Below, piece by piece: positions 37,221-44,455 of a stretch of 55,454 nucleotides of DNA (within the stretch, counting starts at the first letter, position 1; each line of letters starts with the position of its first letter). The notes under the pieces are model-generated. The model worked only from the letters and a program-made list of their open reading frames with translations. It was not told where the DNA came from and searched no databases. The DNA comes from an uncultured Peptoniphilaceae bacterium (GTDB lineage: Bacteria; Bacillota; Clostridia; Tissierellales; Peptoniphilaceae), in NCBI GenBank assembly GCA_964523385.1, contig CAZFXW010000001.1, forward strand, positions 1 to 55,454, written 5' to 3'. The position numbers and the translations under genes are program-made.

Positions 37221-38669
37221 ATGACTAATATCAAATTTTTTGCAACAGAAGAAATACCTTTAGAGATGCATAGGGTGTCGGTGGTTTCGCCGCTGAAGTT
37301 GGTACCAGTTGAAGATAGATTAAAGGCTATCAAAGAAGCTGGATTTAACAATTTCTTACTTAAGAACAAGGATGTATTCCTAGATATGCTTACAGACTCA
37401 GGTGTTAACGCAATGTCAACAATCCAGCAAGCTAGTATGTTTATGGCTGAAGACTCCTACGCTGGATCAGCTACCTTTACTAGACTAGAGGCAAAAATTA
37501 AGGAAATTTTTGGAATGAAACACTTCCTGCCGACCCACCAAGGTAGGGCATCGGAGAACATTATCTCTCAGGTTTTCGTTAAAGAAGGTTCGGTTGTGCC
37601 GATGAACTTCCACTTTACCACTGCCCAAGCTCATATAGACAGGTTAGGTGGTAGGATTGAAGAGGTTATTATCGATGAAGGCCTTGTAATCACATCTGAT
37701 TGTCCTTTTAAGGGTAATATCGATCTGGAAAAATTAGAAAACCTGATAAAAGAAGTTGGGCCAGAAAATGTCCCCTTTATTAGAATTGAAGCTGGAACTA
37801 ACCTTATAGGTGGCCAGCCAGTCTCCCTACAAAATATCAGAGAAGTTAAGAAGATTGCCGACAAGTATGGAACAATTACGGTAATGGACGCTTCCCTACT
37901 TATGGACAACCTATACTTTAACAAGATTAGGGAGCCTGAGTGTAAGGATATGTCTATTAGGGAAATTACCAAGGAAATTATGAAGGAAATCGACATTATG
38001 TACTTCTCTGCTAGAAAGCTTGGATTCGCCAGAGGTGGTGGAATTGCAACCAACAATGATGAGCTAAACGAGAAGATGAAAACCCTGATTCCTCTATTTG
38101 AAGGTTTCCTCACCTACGGAGGAATGAGCGTTAGGGAGATGGAGGCTATAACCGTAGGTCTAGATGAGACTATGGAAATGGATGTAATCTCCCAAGGGCC
38201 AGAGTTTATCAAGTTTATGGTTAACAAATTAGATGAGAAGGGAATTCCGGTAGTAACTCCTCCAGGAGGTCTAGGCTGTCATCTAAACGCAGGAGCCTTT
38301 GTAGACCATGTACCTCAAGACCAATACCCATCAGGAGCCTTGGCAGCAGCCCTGTTTATAGCTGGAGGTATAAGGGGAATGGAGAGGGGAACCCTGTCTG
38401 AGGCTAGAAAGCCAGACGGTTCAGAGACACTAGCGGCTATGGAACTGCTTAGGCTAGCCTTGCCGAGAAGGGTCTTTACCCTAAGCCAGGTTATGTACAC
38501 AATCGATAGGATCCAATGGCTGTACGAGAATAGAGAGCTAATTGGAGGCCTGAGATTCGTCAAGGAACCAGAAACTCTTAGATTCTTTATTGGAGAATTA
38601 GAGGCTATTGGCGACTGGCCAGAAAAGTTAGCAGCTAAATTTAGAGAGGATTTTGGAGATTCTCTATAA
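37221..38669 (+). CDS. PLP-dependent beta-eliminating lyase (tryptophanase / tyrosine phenol-lyase family)
   Basis: Collinear by eye with TnaA/Tpl over its whole length: ..DRLKAIKEAGFNNFLLKNKDVFLDMLTDSGVNAMS..SYAGS..LPTHQGRASENI..GGQPVSL..FSARKLGFARGGG (PLP-Lys region)..ALPRRVFT..RFF... RBS GGAGG lies 8 nt upstream. Substrate (Trp or Tyr) is not decidable by eye. Confidence 0.8.
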   Translation: MTNIKFFATEEIPLEMHRVSVVSPLKLVPVEDRLKAIKEAGFNNFLLKNKDVFLDMLTDSGVNAMSTIQQASMFMAEDSYAGSATFTRLEAKIKEIFGMKHFLPTHQGRASENIISQVFVKEGSVVPMNFHFTTAQAHIDRLGGRIEEVIIDEGLVITSDCPFKGNIDLEKLENLIKEVGPENVPFIRIEAGTNLIGGQPVSLQNIREVKKIADKYGTITVMDASLLMDNLYFNKIREPECKDMSIREITKEIMKEIDIMYFSARKLGFARGGGIATNNDELNEKMKTLIPLFEGFLTYGGMSVREMEAITVGLDETMEMDVISQGPEFIKFMVNKLDEKGIPVVTPPGGLGCHLNAGAFVDHVPQDQYPSGALAAALFIAGGIRGMERGTLSEARKPDGSETLAAMELLRLALPRRVFTLSQVMYTIDRIQWLYENRELIGGLRFVKEPETLRFFIGELEAIGDWPEKLAAKFREDFGDSL

Positions 38670-38696
38670 AGGTATAGATTCTATATTATATATTAG

Positions 38697-38724
38697 CGGA
38701 GATGGTTAACCATCTCCGTTTTTT
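38697..38724 (+). terminator. Rho-independent terminator after the lyase gene
   Basis: CGGAGATGG-ttaa-CCATCTCCG hairpin followed by TTTTTT. Confidence 0.85.
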
Positions 38725-39350
38725 GTCTTATATACTAGATTAGGCGGAATTTAGCAAAAGTCTTTCATTTTATAGGGGGGTATTTTGAAGTTTTGCAGAG
38801 AAAGTGGATTACTTATGCGAAAATATCAAAAATAATAAAAAAGCCCCAGATTGAATTTTAGCATTAAGTAAAAAATGTTATTATTACTTAAATTTAACAC
38901 TTGTAAGGGAACAATTAGTAACTATTACAATAAAAACTGCTAATCGATATATTATTATGATTAATTAAGAAATAAATGAAATGTTTTCACGTTTCTTAAT
39001 TATCGCAATTATTTTTCTTTCCCATGTTCATTTTAGAATAATGCGAATAAGTTGCACAAGAATTTAACAATGTATCCCAAAAAGTGGTTTAAATTAGGGA
39101 TAGGTTGTTTTTTAACAATTTAAAACTACATAGTTATTTATCATCTTCTTTTATTTTGAGAAAAAGGCTTTTAATTTCTCTTTTAGTGGTCAAAAGGGCC
39201 TATTTTTACCAATATTGTGCTAAAGCAAAAACTATTGTGCACCTAGTTGATAGCAATTATACTGGTTTTAGCAGCTGGGAATTGAGCCCAGCCCTTAAGA
39301 TAAAAAATTCAGATTTAATATAAATAAAACCAACTGGGAGATGAAAATAA

Positions 39351-40421
39351 ATGAAAAAAGCTTATTATAAAACTTTCAGCAGGCACAATACTTTCTTACT
39401 CACTTTTAATAAACCCAATCGTAGCTAAGGGAAAAACAAGCCAGGCTATCGAGACTCCAAGAATAGAAGAGCAAATCGGAATCGTTCTAAACCAAGTTGA
39501 ATTAACTAAAGAAGACTTAACTAATGAAAAAGAAGACTCTATCGAAATTCAAATGGACCAGATTGACTTAGTTGAAGAAACTGAGACTGAGTTAGAGACT
39601 GAAGAGACAGAAAAAGTTATTGAAATCTCCCTAGCAGGGTTAGAAACTGAAGTTAAGGAAGAAGAGCCAGCGGAAGAGATTCCAGCAGTTATCGAAGTTA
39701 AAGAAGAAGCACCAGCAGTTGCAACTGCTCCGGTAACTCCAGTAGACTCACAAGAACCAATAGAAGAAAGACCTGAAGAAGTTGAAACTGAAGAGCTAGC
39801 TCCAGTAGTTTATGAATCATATGATCACCTATACACTGATGAGGCTTACCAAAAGTACCTTTGGCTCTAGAAGATGGGGATTACGAAAATAGGCACCTTG
39901 AGGGTGGAACTAGAGCAACTTTCAACAACGAGCAAACTCTTTCAATCGAACTTCTAAATTCAGAGTTCGCAAGACTTTTAAATGCTGAAAGAGCAACCTA
40001 TGGATTAAATCCAGTTACAGTAGGTCATAACCTTAGAGACGGCAACACCAACAGAAAGTTAGAAATGCTTCCTCACAACTCACAGACATACCAAAACCAA
40101 GCTCACACTAGACCAGATGGAACTGACCACAGCACAGCTTTCAATTACATGGCAGGATTTGACCACTATTTCTTGGAAAATAGTGGAGTTTTAGCATATG
40201 ATGGAAATACATCAAAACTAAACAGTGAAAGATACCTGGCAGAGCAGTTCTTCACAATCTGGAAAAACTGCCAAGGCCATTACGAATCTATGATGGAAGA
40301 GGGTTTAAGGGAAATCTACCTAGGCATATCTCTTTCTGAGTATATGCTAGACCAGAGTACTGGCGAATACCACGACAGACACTCATTCATCGGTTTCTTA
40401 AGCATGAAGGCTGGATGGTAA
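39351..40421 (+). pseudogene. Secreted acidic-linker + CAP/SCP (YkwD-like) domain protein gene, interrupted by two frameshifts
   Basis: ATG + A6 at 39351-39359 reads MKKAYYKTFS..stop. With one A fewer it reads MKKLIIKLSAGTILSYSLLINPIVAKG (a signal peptide), in frame with ORF 39553-39870 (Glu/Thr/Pro-rich). A second shift near 39840-39860 joins ORF 39861-40421, which holds the CAP-like pattern LLNAERATYGLNPV..W..C.GHYESM. Confidence 0.6.
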
Positions 40422-40558
40422 ATTTTTTTAAAGAGAAAGTAAACCGTTTCGGTTCAGAATACATTGCTGGCAATTTTTTTGTCTTTTTTTCAATATGGTC
40501 CATATGGTGTATAATAGGTGGAGAGATTGTAGATTAAGGCAAAGAAAGGATTGATTAG

Positions 40559-41416
40559 ATGTTAAAAACAGGTGATGAAATACTAAGGCATGCTGACCAG
40601 CATGGCTATGCAGTCGGAGCTTTCAATATTAACAATATGGAGATTGCCCAAGCGATTATTAAAGGGGCAGAGGCTTGCAACGCTCCAGTTTTCTTACAGG
40701 CATCTCAGGGAGCTATTAAGTATGCAGGTATCGAGTATATTGCTGCTATTGGAAAGACCATTGCTGCCAATACCGACGTACCAGTGGCCCTTCACTTAGA
40801 CCACGGTACAGACTTTAAGGATATTATGTCTTGTATTCAGCACGGTTTCAAATCGGTGATGATCGACGCATCCCAATTCCCCTTAGAGGAGAATATTGCT
40901 AAGACTAAGGAAATTGTAAATATAGCCCACTCTATCGGAGTTTCTGTAGAGGCTGAACTTGGAAAAATCGGTGGAACTGAGGAGCATATCTCGGTAGCTG
41001 AGGAAGATGTAGTTTACACGGATCCAGAAGAAGCTAAGTACTTTGTTGAGGAGACGGGAGTAGACTCACTGGCTATTGCAGTAGGAACTGCCCACGGAGT
41101 ATACAAGGGTGAGCCAAAGATTGACTTTGAAAGGATTAAGCAGATTAACGAACTTGTTGATATTCCTTTAGTTCTTCACGGTTCAAGTGGTGTGTCCTAT
41201 GATGACCTTAGGAAGGCAGTTTCTATGGGAATCAGAAAGATTAACATTGATACTGACATCAGAGCTAGCTTTGCTCAAACAGTAGCTAACTTTATCAAGG
41301 AAAATCCAGATGAAATCGACCCAAGGAAGATTTTAGGTCCAGCTAGAGATGCTATGGCTGAGGTTGTTGAAGAGAAGATTAAGGTCTTCGGCAGCAATGG
41401 CAAGGCTTGGAAATAA
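40559..41416 (+). CDS. fba: Class II fructose-1,6-bisphosphate aldolase
   Basis: ..YAVGAFNINNME..PVFLQASQG..ALHLDHG..SVMIDAS..VEAELG.IGG.E..LAIAVGTAHG.Y..LVLHGSSG... A TATAAT at 40510-40515 lies upstream. Confidence 0.9.
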   Translation: MLKTGDEILRHADQHGYAVGAFNINNMEIAQAIIKGAEACNAPVFLQASQGAIKYAGIEYIAAIGKTIAANTDVPVALHLDHGTDFKDIMSCIQHGFKSVMIDASQFPLEENIAKTKEIVNIAHSIGVSVEAELGKIGGTEEHISVAEEDVVYTDPEEAKYFVEETGVDSLAIAVGTAHGVYKGEPKIDFERIKQINELVDIPLVLHGSSGVSYDDLRKAVSMGIRKINIDTDIRASFAQTVANFIKENPDEIDPRKILGPARDAMAEVVEEKIKVFGSNGKAWK

Positions 41417-41438
41417 AAATTAACTTTTCTACATAGAC

Positions 41439-41468
41439 AAACCCTGCTGCGGCGGGGTTTTGTTTTTT
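41439..41468 (+). terminator. Rho-independent terminator after fba
   Basis: AAACCCtGC-tgcg-GCgGGGTTT hairpin followed by a T-rich run. Confidence 0.75.
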
Positions 41469-41547
41469 CTTTCTAGCTATCTATCCTATGTTATCTGGGT
41501 CTAAATATGATAAGATAGTCGGTAACTTATTATTAGAAGGGGTATGT

Positions 41548-43146
41548 ATGGACTATTTAAAATACGTTGAAGAATTAGATATGGGTATTTTGTCGACAAA
41601 TCAGCCTGGTCCTTTGGCCTGGGTGGATTTGGCATGCCAATTTGAAAAGATAAATTACGAGACTAGCAATGAGTTGGATAAGAGGTCTTTACTTCTCTTT
41701 GACGCGACCATGGATGCCCTTGAGGGTTATTATAGGTCTAAGGGCTCTACTGTAAAGGAAGAAATTATTGAGAATAAGGGATCTGAAGAGATAATTTCAA
41801 GGATTATGTCTTTACTTATAGCCATTACCAAGGCTAGGGTCGAAGACTTTTATTCAGAAGAGGGCTGGGAGGATAGTCGAGAAGAGGAAATCCTCAATTA
41901 TATCTTTGCCGAAGGGAAATTTTTCAACCTTTACTCAGGATTGATGGAAGCCAATATAGCCAGGCTGGGCCAGGCTGAAGAAGAGATTATCTTTCTTCTA
42001 AATCTAACTGACAACGGCCTTAGGAAGCTTTGGTGGGATGAGGATGGCCAAATCAGGGCTTCATTGGGGGCTTCCCATAGGGATCTAAGGGCAATGGATT
42101 TGGTTAGGGAGATAAAGACTAAGCCTTGGACTAAGTACCCTTCCAGAAGACTGATGGTAGATATATTTATCTATGTCTATCAGATGCTCAAGGAAGAAAT
42201 TGGCCAGCTAGATCAAGAGCCTAGCTATTTTGACTCTAGCTACTATACGTGGCTTAAGATTCAAAGGGATTTTAAGCATTTTGATAAGAGGGGTCAGGAG
42301 TCGGAGGACTTGGAGAGAATTTTTAGTTCTATTCTTAGGATTATCGAAGCAGAGGTAAGGGATAGCCTTCAGACCTTTGGCAAGTTAGATAAGACTAAGG
42401 CTAAGGCTCAGCTCTTAGAGTCTTTGCCGGAGGATGTTTACGCTAAGATTATGGAGATTATCGGAGAAAAGCTTGCTGATAAGGAGCTAGTTAGGTCCAC
42501 TATGCTAGAACTAACTCAGGAGACGGGTATGAGCTGGACCCTAAATGCAGTTTTGGCCCTAGACTGTGGTCCAGATCAGGCTTTAGACTTGATTAATAAG
42601 TGGAGGGAGTTACCAGACTATAAGAAGATAATTAACCGAGTATCAAGTCAGACGAAAGACCTTTGTTTGAAATCAGAAGTAGATAGGCTAAGGGTGGAGG
42701 CTGGTCTTATCCAAGCCAGCCCTAAGCATGAGCCCATAACTAAAGCTTGGCAGAATATCCAGCTAGATCTTGAGGAGATTCACTGGTCTAAGAGTCAACT
42801 TAGGGAAACGGAGAAGCTGTTAGAGGGCTACATGGGTGAGGAAGAAGAGAAAAAAGAGCCTAGCCTAGGGGATTTCCTTAGAGAACATGAAGAGAATCAA
42901 GAATCAAGTTGCCAGCTAGGTCCTTATGGAGACTTCCTTAAGGATTTGCTTAAGGATAGGATTTTAGAATCAAAATTGGCTAGCTATTCGCTAAAGGCAG
43001 GGATGCTTCCGGCTGCCTATATAAGCAGTTTAAACCAAGAGCTGGATAGGCATATAGGTGGTCAGGCAGTTTACTTAGAAGACGGTTATTATCAAATAGA
43101 TGAATTTTACCAGGTTGAAATTGAGGGGATTGTAAATGACGACTAA
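41548..43146 (+). CDS. Hypothetical 532-aa protein, first gene of a three-gene operon; C-terminal TerB-C-like segment (candidate SngA-like component)
   Basis: ATG 41548 (MDYLKYVEEL..) behind GAAGGGG is preferred over the ATG at 41488. The protein is soluble, helical and acidic, with an EEEEKKE stretch. The last 45 aa or so (..AAYISSLNQELDRHIGGQAVYLEDGYYQIDEFYQVEIEGI) resemble the TerB-C pattern (I-x-x-L/I-N-E-x-a-x-x-x-x-G-D-x-l-l-E-x-D..Y-x-I-x-E-E). No N-terminal motif was recognised by eye. Confidence 0.5.
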   Translation: MDYLKYVEELDMGILSTNQPGPLAWVDLACQFEKINYETSNELDKRSLLLFDATMDALEGYYRSKGSTVKEEIIENKGSEEIISRIMSLLIAITKARVEDFYSEEGWEDSREEEILNYIFAEGKFFNLYSGLMEANIARLGQAEEEIIFLLNLTDNGLRKLWWDEDGQIRASLGASHRDLRAMDLVREIKTKPWTKYPSRRLMVDIFIYVYQMLKEEIGQLDQEPSYFDSSYYTWLKIQRDFKHFDKRGQESEDLERIFSSILRIIEAEVRDSLQTFGKLDKTKAKAQLLESLPEDVYAKIMEIIGEKLADKELVRSTMLELTQETGMSWTLNAVLALDCGPDQALDLINKWRELPDYKKIINRVSSQTKDLCLKSEVDRLRVEAGLIQASPKHEPITKAWQNIQLDLEEIHWSKSQLRETEKLLEGYMGEEEEKKEPSLGDFLREHEENQESSCQLGPYGDFLKDLLKDRILESKLASYSLKAGMLPAAYISSLNQELDRHIGGQAVYLEDGYYQIDEFYQVEIEGIVNDD

Positions 43147-44455
43147 AATAAATCCTAGAGATGCAGAGAGTATTATCAGAGGCTTAGAGGGAGGCATTGT
43201 ACCAAGTAGGGGGATTAGGCACTTGCTGGTTGGGAGGAAAAATGAGGTTCTAGAGATTATAGATACCTTAGACTACCTAGACCAGGGAGGCTCTGATATA
43301 AGATTTTGGGTAGGTGATTTCGGAAGTGGTAAGTCTTTTATGCTGAGGACTATCGAATCTATGGCCATACAGAGGAATTTTGTAGCCTCTACTGTAGATT
43401 TAACTCCCTCAAGGAGGTTCTATGCTACAGATAAGAAGGCCAAGGCTCTCTACAAGGAGATTGTAGACAATATGGCTACTATGGGGGCAAGAGATGGAGG
43501 AGCAATTGAGGCCATAGTAGGTCAGCTAGTGACAGGGATATTAACCGAAGGAATGGAAGAGGGGATAGTAGATTTGACAGATTTAGATGACGAGGCCAAG
43601 GCCTGGGTTAGGGATAGGATTTTAGACTTAACTACTAGCTTTAAGAGCGCTGGCTTGGCCTACGAGCTAGGAGAGGCTATCTACCACTTCTTTATTGGTG
43701 AGGTAAGTGGAAACAGGAACCTAAAGCTGGCGGCTATTCGTTGGATTAGAGGGGATATAGATTTGAAGATGGAGGCTAGGCGGGAGCTGGGATTGAGCGA
43801 GATAATCAACGACGACAATTGGTTTGATGCTCTGAAAACCCTGGTAGAGCTCTTCAGGGCTATTGGCTATGGAGGTCTAGTGGTCAACTTTGATGAGGCG
43901 GTGAATCTCTACAAGCTTCCTATGGCTAGGACCAGGGAGAGAAACTATGAAAGGATTCTCAATATTTACAATGAGTGTAAGTCTGGTGCAATTGAAGGTC
44001 TTTTTGTAAACTTTGGTGCTACGAGGAAGACGGTCTTTGACGAAAGTAGAGGTATGTCTAGCTATGGGGCCCTTAAGGGCAGGTTAGGTTCTGAAGAGTC
44101 TATGGACTCTAAGTATGTAAATACCAACAGGACAGCCCTTGGTTTGAAGCCTTTAAGTCCTGAGGAAATCTATACTCTCCTTGATAACTTAAGAAATATT
44201 TATTCGGTTTATTGGGACCAGGACATGGATTTTAAGGGTGAAAATATCCGGACCTATATGGAGCTCCAGTTAAATAGGCCAGGAGCTGACGAATTTTTAA
44301 CTCCTAGGGCTGTAATCAAGGATTTTTTAGAGATTTTAGATATAAAAAGGCAAAACCAAGGGGTAGATGAACTAGAGATTATCCAGGAAAAGTTTGGAAG
44401 TATGCCTATCTACAAGGACCAAGAGGATCTAGATGATTTACTAGAGGTGTTTTAA
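43136..44455 (+). CDS. DUF2791 / BrxD-like P-loop ATPase (candidate SngB-like component)
   Basis: N-terminal ..AESIIRGLEGGIVPSRGIRHLLVGR.., then Walker A GDFGSGKSF (encoded at 43313-43339), ..AIQRNFVASTVDLTP.. and Walker B-like GLVVNFDEA. This is the layout I recall for the BREX-associated BrxD/DUF2791 ATPases. It overlaps the upstream gene by 11 nt. Confidence 0.7.
   Translation: MTTKINPRDAESIIRGLEGGIVPSRGIRHLLVGRKNEVLEIIDTLDYLDQGGSDIRFWVGDFGSGKSFMLRTIESMAIQRNFVASTVDLTPSRRFYATDKKAKALYKEIVDNMATMGARDGGAIEAIVGQLVTGILTEGMEEGIVDLTDLDDEAKAWVRDRILDLTTSFKSAGLAYELGEAIYHFFIGEVSGNRNLKLAAIRWIRGDIDLKMEARRELGLSEIINDDNWFDALKTLVELFRAIGYGGLVVNFDEAVNLYKLPMARTRERNYERILNIYNECKSGAIEGLFVNFGATRKTVFDESRGMSSYGALKGRLGSEESMDSKYVNTNRTALGLKPLSPEEIYTLLDNLRNIYSVYWDQDMDFKGENIRTYMELQLNRPGADEFLTPRAVIKDFLEILDIKRQNQGVDELEIIQEKFGSMPIYKDQEDLDDLLEVF

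Noticed and set aside
37127-37369. Minus-strand ORF 37127-37369.
   Set aside because: It overlaps the T-box terminator and the 5-prime end of the lyase gene, and has no RBS.
37221-38669. Calling the lyase simply tryptophanase (tnaA).
   Set aside because: The family is clear, but Trp versus Tyr specificity cannot be read by eye, and the upstream T-box appears to carry a Tyr codon. The gene symbol is therefore left empty.
39105-39323. ORF 39105-39323 in the AT-rich spacer before the CAP-domain gene.
   Set aside because: It has a TTG start without an RBS and a low-complexity Leu/Ser/Lys-rich translation, so it is likely non-coding.
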